From the NCBI RefSeq assembly GCF_006345805.1, contig NC_042997.1, positions 104,718,001 through 104,782,000 on the forward strand: a DNA stretch of 64,000 bases. The letters are read 5' to 3'. The notes beneath the pieces are model-generated. The model was not told the origin of the DNA. It did no database searches and saw only the letters and a program-made list of their open reading frames with translations. Positions 28,658-42,498 of the stretch are shown here, in pieces. The stretch comes from Octopus sinensis (lineage: Eukaryota). The translations under genes were made by a program, and so were the position numbers. The first letter of the stretch is position 1. Every line of letters begins with the position of its first letter.

Positions 28658-30023
28658 TTCTTTTATTCTTTTATACGTTTCAGCCATAAATCAGTGACCA
28701 TGCTGGAGCACAGCCGGTGTTATCACCTTTTCAACGGCTAATCTTATGTTACTGGCTTTTGGTGAACGAGGGAGATCGACACTGCCGCTTTCCTCCGAGT
28801 TCCCTGCCTTGATATAGATTCGTTTGGAACCTTGGATAGCAGCAGGTCAAGTTGCATATATATATGTTCATAAAAAAAAATCAAACTGCTTCCGTGACTC
28901 ATAGCCATTTGAGTGACCGCGTGACCACTTCCGGAAGCTACGCTCGCTACCTGCAATTAGTCCCCACCCCGGGTTGCCCCTACCCCATTTAGTCGAACAA
29001 GTAAATACAGGATTAATGATGACTTGATTGAAATCAGATGCATTTTTTAAAAACTCACTTTTATCTGTATTTATCATGTTTAGTATGTGTTAAAGTGTAT
29101 AAATTTTAAATTTTGTTCATAATTATATTTTCACTCCTGTTGGACCCTTCTTATTTTCCATGAGAGCTTTTTATCTATTTGGCAGCAATCATTTTCATTA
29201 CCTCCATCCCAAGAAGGAGCAATCATTTAGCTGAGCTTAAAGAAGACATTTAGTTAGCTGTGCAGAAGCTAACTCCTGAAATACCCAAAATGTGTTTCGC
29301 ACCGCTAAGGAGAGATTTGAAGTATGCAGGAATACAGACAGGTTGAAAACTTTCAATAAAAGTTTGACGTAAGATTATAAATCTATTCGTTTTGGTAATA
29401 AACATAAAATTCTGACAGTTTTTTTAAAAAATTTGCTCAATTCCATTGAAACACATAGTTAATTCTGGAACATCCCGTATGGTGTAGCGTTGTTAGTTGT
29501 TGTATTGCTCGGGTAAATATTAAAATCAAAGGTCTTCTCGCCATAAATATCCAATTTTTCAGTTGAGCATATTGTAGTATATAGTAGTATATAAGGAGTA
29601 GTAATATAGTATATAACTTGTAGCTCTCCTTTATAGGCGTGGCTGTATGGTGAGAAGTTTGCTTTCCAACCATAACGCCTTGGATTCAGTCCCACTGTCC
29701 CGGCGACAGAGAGCATGCCGGTAAAAAAAATTTTACGAACAAATTTATCAAGTAATATGTAAACATAATCAAAAAGGGTAATAACATAAGTTATTATTAC
29801 CAGCGGCCTGACGAACCTTGCCTTGGCTAACACATTCTGTCTGTTTTGCTAGAAAGAGGTAGAAACTGATCAGTCTGGGATATATCTTTAATGGTAACTG
29901 TTTTTGATTTTCATTCTTTCCATGAATTTATCCCTCTTTGTGTCTCTAGCACTAAGCTTCCTTATTTGGGAGCCTTTTATTATATATTATATATATAAAT
30001 ATATACGTATATATATATATATA

Positions 30024-30079
<56 letters not shown>

Positions 30080-30863
30080 TATAATATATATATATATGCA
30101 TTCATATATATACATATGCATATGTATATAAGATATAAGTATATATGTATATATATATATGTGTGTGTGTGTGTGTATATACGTATGCATGTATGTGTAT
30201 GTATGTATGCTAAAAGGATCAAAATCGAATTCCAACCTTAATATATTCCACCCCACCAACCTGTATGGGACACCGCTTCGTCGACGGATTAGCCATTTCT
30301 CGAAGCTGAATGGACTGGAGTAACGTGTAACTGTTTTTGTCAAGATCTCAACGCATTGCTCGGTCCAGTAATCGAAGCAAGTATCTTATGATCATAAATG
30401 CAAACCCATAACCATGTAACCCACATGTCTTCACACAGCCATGTGTAATGCATGTTTATTAAATATATGCATGTGACTTTGCGACAAACGCTGCTTCAAA
30501 TTCTTTTCACTACTTAATACTTTTCGTCAATGAATGCAGTGTTACGCAAATTAAAACATAAAAATGAAATCTTAGTGTCAATTTTCAATATTATATTTCA
30601 TACAAGGCTCTAAGCATATACGCCAGAGGCTCTTTCGCTTAGGATAGGTAGAAGTAAATTTTCCTCACAGGATGATAATATATCCGTCTAATTAGTAGAG
30701 CTTATAACGGTTTAATTTTAGTCTACAGGGAAAGGTCTGTGGTTTAACAACTGAAACTATTAAACGATTAGTGCACAAGTATGTAACTGTGTGTGTTTCG
30801 GTGTGTGTATATATATATATATACGTGTGTGTGTGTATGTATATATACATATATATATACAAT

Positions 30864-30909
<46 letters not shown>

Positions 30910-30982
30910 CTTTTTTGATATATATATACATATATATATACATATATATATATATATAGTATATATATATGTATATGTATAT

Positions 30983-31012
<30 letters not shown>

Positions 31013-31013
<1 letters not shown>

Positions 31014-31572
31014 TATCAAAATAAAGATCTCACGGAGAGTAAGGGCCGGATGGAAGGCGTTCAATGGCATAAGGGATGTGCTCAGGGGAAGGTTGGACAG
31101 GACCACCCGCACCAACCTCATTAACAGTGCAGTTCTGCCTGCAATGTTATATGGTAGTGAAACATGGGCTACCACAAAGAGAGAAGAGCAAAGACTGGTA
31201 ACGGTTCAAAGAGCCATGGAAAGGTCAATGCTTGGTATCTCGTTGACAGAGCACATAAGTAGCAAGATCATCAGAAAGAAGTCCGGCGTGAGAGATATCA
31301 TCGCAGAGTATACACGCAGCAAGTATAGATGGGCTGGACACGTCGCCCGGCTCACCGATAATCGGTGGACCCACGCAGTTGCCGAGTGGTACCCGCGTGA
31401 GCGGAAAAGATCACCCGGAAGACCACCACGACGGTGGAGTTACGATTTCAGGAGGACGAGATTGGGATCATGTGGATAGGAAAGGCGCGACCCAGAGAGG
31501 AGTGGACAGCGTGCTGTGACCAGCGGTGTCAAATGGACGCCTGACGGACTGGTCAGTCAAGGTGATCAAGGT
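31013..31572 (+). mobile_element. 5'-truncated second copy of the same RTE family
   Basis: ORF 31078-31479 is nearly identical in translation to 10719-11372 ([27 protein letters not shown]). Ends in TCAAGGTGATCAAGGTGAT and is embedded in (TA)n/(CA)n. Confidence 0.9.
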
Positions 31573-31582
31573 GATATATATA

Positions 31583-31633
<51 letters not shown>

Positions 31634-31639
31634 GTAATA

Positions 31640-31671
<32 letters not shown>

Positions 31672-32283
31672 GTGTATATATATATATCTATATATATATA
31701 TATATGTGCGTGTGCATATATATATATATATACGCAATATATATATGGGGTGTGTATTTAGGTATGATTTTTATATGAATGAATTCCTCATCTCTTTTTG
31801 ACTTTAGAGTTAACTTTCGACCGGCCTCCTGCTTGTTAGTAGCTTGTGAAGGAAAGCAGCTTGTTCTGTTTATCACACCTTAAATTTTAAGGTCTAGCAG
31901 ATTATGTTGTCCCAGATAAGGTGATAGTCTTTAATATACAAATTAAGGTGTTCAGATCTCCCCCCATTAACCCAAGCTCAGTCATACTTTACTCCAGAAG
32001 GATTTGTACATAACCTGTTGCTCCATTAATACTAAAAATGAAACTGAAAGTGTATCTTAGGTTTATCAATGCTCAGCAGACAATTTTCTTTCTCCTGTAA
32101 AATTCTTACCCCTTCGGCTCCCAGAGGGCAGCTGATTTCCACAATAGAAAATATTTTTTCTTGTCGTATGGCATAGCAATATCTGCTGATTGTACGTTAC
32201 TTCGCGGCTGTTTCGATTTTTAAGTTCTTTTAATTCATCTCTGACTATCTTTCTCACAAACGCAATCTGTCCTTTAAAGGTAC

Positions 32284-32488
32284 TCTTTTCTACTAGGCAC
32301 AATGCCTGAAATTTTGTAGGAGGAGCCAGTCGATTAGGTCGACACCAGTACGCAGCTGGTACCTAATTTATGGACCCGGAATGGATGAAAGGCAAAGTCG
32401 ACCTCGGCGGAATTTGAACTCAGAACGTTAAGTCAGACAAAATAAACGTTTCCCCCGGCGTGCTAACGTTTCTGCCAGCTCGCCGTCT
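32284..32488 (-). mobile_element. SINE family B copy
   Basis: GGCAAAGTCGACCTCGGCGGAATTTGAACTCAGAACG...CTGCCAGCTCGCCG. Confidence 0.8.
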
Positions 32489-32671
32489 CCCTCATATGAA
32501 TGCTTGCAATCTTTACCAACAAAACACCAACTGTTATCACTCTTTCATCCTCCGATATCTTCTCTTATTATCATATTCCTGCTCTTCAAACATTCAGTTA
32601 CTACCAGTCATCACCTCCTCCTCCCTGTGCCGCTTTTACTGAGCACAATCCCTAGAAATCATATCATCTTG

Positions 32672-33010
32672 TGAAGGCGCGTGGCTCAGTGGCTAGAGCG
32701 TCGAGCTTACGATCGTGTGGTTGTGAGCTAGAATTCCGGACCGGGCTGCGTGTTGTGTTCTTGAGCAAGACACTTCACTTCACGTTGCTCCAGTTCACTC
32801 AGCTGTAGAAATAAGTTGTGACGTCAGTGGTGCCAAGCTGTATCGGTCTTTCCCTTTCCCTTGGATAACATTGGTGGCGTGGAGAGAGGAGACCGGTATG
32901 CATGGGCGACTGCTGGTCGTCCATAAACAACGTTGACCAGACTTGTGCCTGGGAGGGCAACTTTCTAGGTGCAATCCCATGGTATGTGTCGTGACCGAAG
33001 GGGGTCTCAC
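32672..33010 (+). mobile_element. tRNA-derived SINE, family C, with a conserved-core-like central domain
   Basis: Head GAAGGCGCGTGGCTCAGTGGCTAGAGC, then TGTTGTGTTCTTGAGCAAGACACTT...CAGTTCACTCAGCTG, which resembles the central domains of widespread metazoan SINEs (CORE/V/Meta-type). Confidence 0.65.
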
Positions 33011-33554
33011 ATGTGATCCAAATTATTTTCTCTAACCTCATCTTCTGACCATTCCCCACTCACCTCACGAGCATATTCAGCATCTACTTTTCCAGCATTC
33101 TCTGTCTTCTATCTCTACATTGTCTTCCACTCAGCTTCTTGTACTTTGGATGCACAACTCTGACATCGCTCTCCCAACACACCATTTCTTTCATACTTGA
33201 ACGTCTCAAGAATTAAATAGAAACGCCACACAACCGCCTATACTTTCACACAACTGCCGATATTTTCACACAACCGAGGAAGATATTTAGTCTTGCGAGA
33301 TACATGGCAACCTCACTAGATTGGGCGCCATGATAAATAACAAAAGAAGCACCCACCGATCTCTGTAATGGGAATCTAGCCGTAGAAATTGTGGAAGTAG
33401 AAACTTGTTCGACGTAATCTTCTGAATAGTCGGATCGTTTGGACTTTTTAAACCCTGTAAAAAGAACTTGGAAGGTTGTACCGCCAACAAGACCTTTCAC
33501 GATACCCTTAAAGCCAGGAACTTTACAATATCCCATCATATATGTATATATATA

Positions 33555-33766
33555 CGGGGGCTGCAAAAATATTCCTGGTTTTGGGTAAAAGAAGTTACAG
33601 GAGCATCAGTTAATTATGATTTCATTCAACATATTTTCCTCTCAGATTCACACACTGCGGTTCTTCAGTTTCTATAAGGCCTGTAAAAAGAACACGGGAA
33701 GTTGGGCCACCAACCAGGCTTTTCGCAATACACTTTAAACCCAGGAACTTTTTCAGCACCCCCTCG
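33555..33766. mobile_element. mariner-type MITE (about 212 bp) flanked by TA
   Basis: Imperfect TIRs CGGGGGCTGCAAAAATATTCCTGG and CCAGGAACTTTTTCAGCACCCCCTCG, with TA at 33553-33554 and 33767-33768. A related, more degenerate copy ends at about 33540. Confidence 0.6.
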
Positions 33767-34230
33767 TACATCACGAGACATCAGACACGATGACGGTTTT
33801 GTGTGGAGTCGCCTGGCCCAATAGTCTCTATGTTGGGCTTGCGAACATAACTTCAGTAATATTTCAGGTTGCTCCCGTCTTCTCTGCTAAAAATATGAGC
33901 AAGCTTAGTGCTGCTACAGCTGTCTTTCCTTCCAGTAGATTCAGCCACATTTCTCTGCTGGAGCAAGGTTGGTTGGGCCGAAAGGGCGTTAATGTCAGCT
34001 TCTTATTATATAGGCTATACACGCTGACAAATAAAGGCTATGAGTATACATAAGTATCCATACATACATACATACGTATGTGTGTCTGTGCGTGTGTGAG
34101 TGCGAGGGTGTATGTGTACGTATATATACATGCATACATGCATACACACACGCACATACACACACATATATATACATATATACATACACACATACATATA
34201 TATATATATGTATGTATGTATATATATGTA

Positions 34231-34317
<87 letters not shown>

Positions 34318-34702
34318 TATATATATATATATACTATATATATATATATATATCCTGTCATCATGGATTACTTGCTGTCCGAGTGACAGCCACTATTGCG
34401 CAGTAGCTAATCTATCAGAAAGAAAATGGTTTTCAATGGCGCTACAGCGTAATCGTAGTTCTTGCTTTAGTGACGTTTGAATTTGATGACGAAGAATCTC
34501 GCTTGGTCTATAATTTTATCGATTTTTCTATAGATGTGTGTATATAGCTGCCAGTATTAAACAACAATGCATCGTCCGTGAAGGCTAAAGAATTAACTAC
34601 TCCTTAATTAATGTCTAAGGTGATTTCCAGTTACTCCGCCTGAAATGTTCCTCTGTGTATACGTACATTATGTACATGTATAAAAACATACACACACACA
34701 CG

Positions 34703-34734
<32 letters not shown>

Positions 34735-34964
34735 CATATATGTGTATGTATGTATGTATCTATGCGTATTTATATGCGTGCATTAATGTGTGTGAGTGCG
34801 TGCGGGCGAGCGGGCCTGTGTGTGCTGTGTGTGTACTCACAACTGTTTCTACTATGCGTACGAGCTCAGTCTTTGTCAGTGTTTTTATCTCATTGCTTTG
34901 TATCATCACTTTTCTCTATCATTCACTGTCTTTAAGCATCGGACACTACTCGCTCTCTCTCCCA

Positions 34965-35001
<37 letters not shown>

Positions 35002-35114
35002 CTTCAACTCTTCCTGTTTCCTTCCATTTCTATATCGCATGATACTTTAGCTATTTCTCTGAATTTTCACTTATGTATCTAAGTATCTATCAGTCTGTCT
35101 ATCAATCTATTTCT

Positions 35115-35184
<70 letters not shown>

Positions 35185-35836
35185 CATATATATGTATATA
35201 TATATATAATATATATATATATAATATTATATATATATGGATATATATATGTATGTATATATATACATACATACATAATATGTATACATAATATATATAT
35301 ATGTCCAAATAAATATAATTCTGGTTGTCTGCATGCCTGTCTTTCTTCCTTCCTGACTGTATTTTTATCGTTTCTCTATTTAACTCTCTATATTTCAGAC
35401 CTAGAGGACATTAAGGTATACCCAGGCGCTCACTGCAAGAAATAGTGACCTAATAGCTCAAATTACAAGAACACATTGAATGATGCAGGTAAAAGAACAG
35501 CGACAAAACATATGTGGAATTATGACTTTTGGAATACCTTTGATTGCATGTGTTCGTGTGAATGCTTATGTGTGTATTTGTATGTGTTTATGTAAGTGTG
35601 TGTGTGTGCGCGCGTAACAAATGTTAGAATTAATTATTTGTCGTTTCCTCCCTGAAGTACGGAGTATGAATTCGAGTACCAGTTTTATCAAGTGATGTCA
35701 ATCGCAAAAATGGAAAAAGCTTGTTCGTGAGTCAAACACTCATAGACGTATACACAAACACATACTCATACACACACACGCACACACACACACTCATAGA
35801 AACACTTATACGTATGTATATATATATATATATATA

Positions 35837-35880
<44 letters not shown>

Positions 35881-35993
35881 GATATATATATATATATATA
35901 CATCGATATATATTTATATGCATACATATATATATATATACACACAGATATATATACATACACACATATATACATACATGTATATAATATATA

Positions 35994-36048
<55 letters not shown>

Positions 36049-37339
36049 TATATACATATATATAATACAATATACATGCATATATACATATACATATATA
36101 TGTATATATATATATACATATATATATATATACATATATACATACATATATACACATACATACATATATACATACATATATGAAACATTGTAGATATGTA
36201 TATACGTTTATATGTCTGTTGTATAGTTGTATATGTATGTGTTCATGTTGTCTTTGTTTTTCCTCTTTATCCACAACGAATGCTTTAATAAGTACCAGAA
36301 TATTTAAAAAATGTACTGGTGTTGATTCGTTCGACTAGACCCTTCAAAACCCAATGACAGTTAGAAGTGAAATGTAGATACTTCACTGTGTGTATATCAT
36401 ACTAAATGTATATACCTCGCTATAAGGCATGACGCTGCGGATTTGACTAAGATAAAATCTGTACACGGAGTTGTACTGAAATACAAAATATATCGGGATG
36501 TCGTCACTGAAAGTGACTTATGAAGTAACAGTTGCGTTTCATCTTTCTTGAGGCTTCTCGTTCCCTGCACCCAATTGTTGTTCTTTAAAACGATTTAGGT
36601 GTCTTGATATACAGGAAAAAACAGCGTTGCGGAAGCTTGCCGTGCTGTAGAAAATTTCAATGTACTAAATTGAGATATTGAATTAGAATAGATATCTGTG
36701 TAACTTTAGAAAGCATAATACTGTAAAATATTATGAGATGAATGTTTTCCTGTAAGTTAAAAAGCAATAAATATCGAAGCCAAACGACCTTTTCTGTAGC
36801 CACCAAGCTTCAGCAATACTAGTGGATATTTTATTCACAATTTCCTATATGTTGATGCCGCAGTTTTGTTTAAGCAATAACAGTCGATTGCGTGACGTTT
36901 ACAAGCCTCAACAACGACGAAATACATTTGTCATTGTCGTGAATAAATGCAGTGACAATGCTCGTCTCTTTCCGACGCATCATTTAATTCAAAAAGTCTA
37001 TGAAACGACTTTACCTCAGACACTTTACCTCAGGCATCATGCCTTCTGACGGTTTATTCACGTTTAATATGATACACAGATCGCGAGCTATCTCATTTGC
37101 CTATACTGAGAGTTGTTTTATATGAATTCATACACACACATATTATTGTCGTTGTTGTTGTTGTGGTTGTTGTTGCTGTTGTTGTTATTGTTGTGGCTGT
37201 TGTTGTTAAATAAAAGATTTTGCTTTGGCTCCATGCAACTTGAAGCTTCGTAGACTTTTACGGAAACGTTGCTTGCCGGGGTCAGATAGCCGAATATATA
37301 TATTATATTATATTATATTATATTATATTATATTATATG

Positions 37340-37640
37340 ATGGACTCTCCCCTCGAAGACGATGAATGAGCGTTCAGCTTTTTGCCGAACGACCTGCACA
37401 AAGGATTTGCTTATAGGGATCAAATGATCGTGTCGCACATTAGCTCACTCTCTCCATCAAATAGTCGTTGTCTGAAGAGGTGTACGGTGTACCATGTGAC
37501 AGGTGTCGAAGTGATCGCAGAGCTACATGAGATGAAAAGTTTTGCTCCAAAACACAACGCACCACCCTATTTAAGAATTGAAATCACGATCTAGCACTCA
37601 TGAGTGCAAGACCTCAAAACCATTAAGCCATGCGCCCTCA
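37340..37640 (-). mobile_element. Family C-related SINE with (ATAAT)n tail
   Basis: Reverse-complement head TGAGGGCGCATGGCTTAATGG...GTGCGTTGTGTTTTGGAGCAAAAC; tail repeat at 37295-37338. Confidence 0.55.
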
Positions 37641-38075
37641 TATAATAGATGATATAATATAAAATAATATATATATATATATGAAAGGAAAATTCAATCG
37701 TCACTAAATCTGACTAAGAATGACAAGGCACCTACATTGCTAGAAATAAGAGTTAGAATACTCTGAATGCAGTAGGATGCACGCAGATGTATACATGTAT
37801 GCTGACAGGAGTTGTAATCGCCCCATCACCGACTCGAGAATCATTCAGACTAAATGTTTAGTTCTGCCTATTTCCGTAGGCTTTCTTGGTGAGGACCGCT
37901 CGCTCGGCAGATGTCGGGCAATTCTATCAATGAACATATACGTATTTACCATAGAAATCTATGGATGGTTTAGCGTAATGCTAATGCGCATACAAAATAA
38001 TTAATATAAACAGCTAAACGCAATGTGATGGCATAAAGGAAAATATAAAAAAAAATTAAGCAGGCAGGCACTCAC

Positions 38076-38106
<31 letters not shown>

Positions 38107-38649
38107 ACACACACACACACACGCATACACACACATACTCTCTCTCTCTCTCTGTTTCACTCTCTGTCTCGAGTCATAGACTCGTATATATATGCTACAC
38201 TGCAAAAGTAAGAAGTCTTAGAAATGACCACTCTTCAAATTCATTGTCAATAAAATTATATATAACTACGATTAGTAATTGCACAGTTAATGTAACATAG
38301 AATATTTCAATACAAATTTTTTAATATATAACGTATATTACATTTATTCAACTCCACACTACTTTTACCTAAAACTTCATCATCATTACTCTGAATTTCT
38401 ACTTATCAATATATTAATTTTTAGATATATCCTTAGTTTTGAAAATAATTATAAAAGGCGGTGCACTGATTTAGGAAAAGTGGCTTCCAGCTGCACTATG
38501 GATTTAGAAAAATGTATGATTTAAGACTTACTGTAAGATATTCATATATAATACATAAGCGTTTTGAAAAACATGTTATTCATAATTTGTTGTGCATATA
38601 GATGATTATTAAAACAAGGAATAATTAATTTTCAACATGTTTTCTCTTC

Positions 38650-39240
38650 GCTTTTTGCCCGTTTTATTTGTTTTAGTCATTGGTCTGCGGCCATGCTGAC
38701 GCACAGCAGTACTTGTATTATAAGTATGATACTTATTTTTTCGATCCCAGTTATCGAACCACTATTTTATGGAGGCGTAAGCAAACCGACACTGGTTGTC
38801 AAGTGGTAATGTTGACAGACATAAAAATACGACGATAGATAGATAGATAGATAGACTCCCACAGATACAACAGTCTCACACCGAGTTTCTTATTTCTTTA
38901 CTGCCCACAAAGGGCTACACAGGGGGAACAAACAAGGACAGACAAACGCATTAAGCCGATTACATCGACCCTAGTGCGAAACTGGTACTTATTTAATCGA
39001 CCCTGAATGGATGAAAGGCAAAATCAACCTCGGCGGAATTTGAACTCACAGCGTAACGGCAGACGAAATACTGCAAAGTATTTCGCTCGGCATGCTAACG
39101 TTTCTGCCAGCTCGCCGCCGAGTTTCTGTCAACCAAATTCCTTCACGATATACTTGTCAAACCAGAGCTATAACAGGAAATATTAGTCCAAGGTGCCGTG
39201 CTGTGGGACAGAAACCGAAACCACGTGCTTGAAAAGTTTC
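38650..39240 (-). mobile_element. Old SINE family A copy hosting a nested family B SINE
   Basis: Family A tail at 38650-38880 and family A head at 39128-39240, separated by the insert. Confidence 0.65.
38891..39117 (-). mobile_element. tRNA-derived SINE, family B, with Tx1-like 3' tail and 10-bp TSD
   Basis: Head GGCGGCGAGCTGGCAGAAACGTTAGCATGCCGAGCG... and B-box-like GAGTTCAAATTCC. TSD CCGAGTTTCT at 38881-38890 and 39118-39127. Confidence 0.85.
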
Positions 39241-39733
39241 TAACTTTTCTGTTTTATTTTTACTTCCCAAAACTTATTAACTTTGAAATATTTTCCTGTT
39301 TACGTTACTCATTACGGCAGTAATCTTTCTTGTGACATCCAGTGCGCTGCAAATACTGAATTATAAGACTCAATCTTTATAACATGCATTGAAATCACAT
39401 GGCGAAGTTCCTTCCACTATCTTGACGCAGGGCATCGCTGGGAGGTTCTGATGATAGCATCGCTACCTACTTGATATGTCATTCAATTCTACAGCTTGAG
39501 CCAGTTGATAAGAGTCTACTACTATTACACACATATATACGGGTTTTTGTCAGTGAACAGGTCGCGGATTTTAGCGACGAAAATATTTTGACAACTTAAA
39601 CTTAAATGTTGAAGTGAATCGAACGGCTTTTGTGTGTTTCTTAAATGGCTTATAAACACCTTCCACGCTGCAATTGTTTTCGTTTCAGCACACGATCTCA
39701 GATCAAATTACTTGCTATGCGAGTACATCTCCG

Positions 39734-39857
<124 letters not shown>

Positions 39858-39877
39858 ATACATATATATATATTATA

Positions 39878-39945
<68 letters not shown>

Positions 39946-39978
39946 ATATATGTACATACATATATATATATATATACA

Positions 39979-40044
<66 letters not shown>

Positions 40045-40056
40045 ATATATATATAG

Positions 40057-40425
40057 TGGAGGTGCAATGGGCCAGTGGTTAGGGCAGCAGACTCAAGGTC
40101 GTATGATCGCGGTTTCGATTCCCAGACCGGGCGTTGTGAGTGTTTATTGACCGAAAACACCTAAAAGCTCCACGGGGCTCCAGCAGGAGGTGTACTCTTT
40201 CGCCACAACTTTCTCTCACTCTCTCTTCCTGTTTCTGTTGTACCTGTATTCCAAAGGGCCAGCCTTGTAACACTCTGTTTCACGCTGAATCTCCCCGAGA
40301 ACCCCGTTAAGGGTACACGTGTCTGTGGAGTGCTCAGCCACTTGCACGTTAATTTCACGAGCAGGTTATTCAGTTGATCGGATCTACTGGAACCCCCGTC
40401 GTCGTAACCGACGGAGTGCCACGAT
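40057..40425 (+). mobile_element. SINE family D, tail type 2 (ends GTCGTAACCGACGGAGTGCC)
   Basis: First ~170 bp are near-identical to 62567 onward, followed by an unrelated 3' half. Confidence 0.75.
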
Positions 40426-42109
40426 ACAAGTATATAAAAACATATGCTCGCTCTAAACACAGACATATATCCAGCAATTCAGTGGGTGGGATGGAATTTG
40501 TGGATAACATTCTTCCAAGCATTTATTTTTTGGCCCCGGAAAAAGTTTGTGACAAAGTTGAACCTACAAGAATTTAAACAATCGGAAAAAAACACATCAA
40601 GGTTTTTTTTTTGTCTTGGCTCTCTATCGAGTTTGCCAATCCCCCGCCGTTCTACACACACATACACGCACGCACATTCATATATATACATGCACATACA
40701 CATACACACACATGTATATATTATACTGGCCATATACATAAGTATATATATTATACCGGCCATATATATGTATATGCATTATACTGATCACAGACTGTGT
40801 CGCATAAGATAACGTAAAGAAATTCGATAAGTACACACACACACACACACACACACTATAAGTGGCACAGTGTGTTCATATACAGATGCACATTCGAAGA
40901 TACACTCACAATACAAATCATCTTCGATGATAGACTAAAAATCGTAAGAAACAACAGACGACATCACATATATATTTTTTGTTATAAATCGCATCTTTTA
41001 TTTTAATAATTATAAAGGGAAATCATCCAGCTTTTCCCTTGGAAGTTTCATACATACACAGATGACTTCCACCATCTATAAGTTAATTTTTTTTTTTTGG
41101 TTTTATCTGTAGTCTCACTCTCTCTTTCTCTCTTTTCATTTATAGTCTTTTTTGTTGTTTTTGTTTTTGTTTTGTGATCGTCGTTTTTTTTTTGCGCATT
41201 TTTATATTGTATATAATTTTTTTTCGGTTATTTCAACCGATTTCTTTTTGGTTATTTTCTTTTCTATGTATTTATATTTTTTTCATTTATATTTCTTATT
41301 TTTTTACACTCTTGGAGAATCATATGTCATATAACCTCTCGTCGTCGTTCTCTCACATATCACGGCTCTGTTTCAAGTTATTGTTTACAATATTAGACAT
41401 ATATGTACGTATGTACAAATTGTTTGTTTTTTCTTTGCTGTATTGTTTTCGTTTTTGTTTCGCGAATTGCACAACGTACAATTGTTTAATGTTTTTTGCA
41501 CACTAATTTGCGCTACTTAATTAATTGTTTAAATTGTTTAATTGTACAATTACAGCATTTCATGTTCGTTAGGGTGGGGTGTTGTTTCTTGTTATATTTT
41601 GTATGATGTTGCCTTGTATTTGAATGTGTGTGTATGTGTGGTGACGGTTGAGTGTGGCTATGCAAAATATGTTCCTTTGTTTTTAATAAAGTTTATTGAA
41701 TTTTTAAAATCTTTGTTGTGATTCTTTTTGTTCGTTTTTCCTGCAACAAATGCACGGAAGTGCGTGCGTATGTGTTCTCGTAACAGTTTCTCATTTTATT
41801 TTGTTTTAAAAGTTTATTCTGTCTTTTATTTATTCAGTTTCCAAAAAAAAAAAAAAAAACCAACATCATTCATTATTATTATTATTGTCTTTTTTCAAAA
41901 TAATGAAGATAAAATATTAAAATGGAACAAAAGAATATCATGAAACATGTCTTATCTTTTTGCAACGTTTCAAAAAGTCTCAATAATCTCTGTCGGTTTG
42001 TCGTTCAGTCTACCTTTTCTTTATTCTCACCTCAAACTTACTCAATATGTTATCAGTCTAGATTGAAATATCATCAGAATGAAGAATTTTGTCATTCTCA
42101 TTCTGATTC

Positions 42110-42183
42110 GTGTGTTGCAGTTGTTGTTGTTGTTGGTGGTGGTGGAGGTATTATTATTATTATCATTATTATTATTATTATTA

Positions 42184-42219
<36 letters not shown>

Positions 42220-42325
42220 CATTATTATTATTGAATTTTTTCTTGTACTATCCTCTGATCCGTTGCCCTAGTGGCAAATAAAGAAACAATTGCTATTTCA
42301 TTATTGATATTATTATGAATGTTTA

Positions 42326-42360
<35 letters not shown>

Positions 42361-42361
42361 A

Positions 42362-42409
<48 letters not shown>

Positions 42410-42428
42410 AGTAAGAAAAAGAAGAAGG

Positions 42429-42498
<70 letters not shown>

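Noticed and set aside
29100-29480. Possible Tc1/mariner C-terminal relic and TIR (TTAATTCTGGAACATCCCGTA)
   Set aside because: Too degenerate to confirm by eye.
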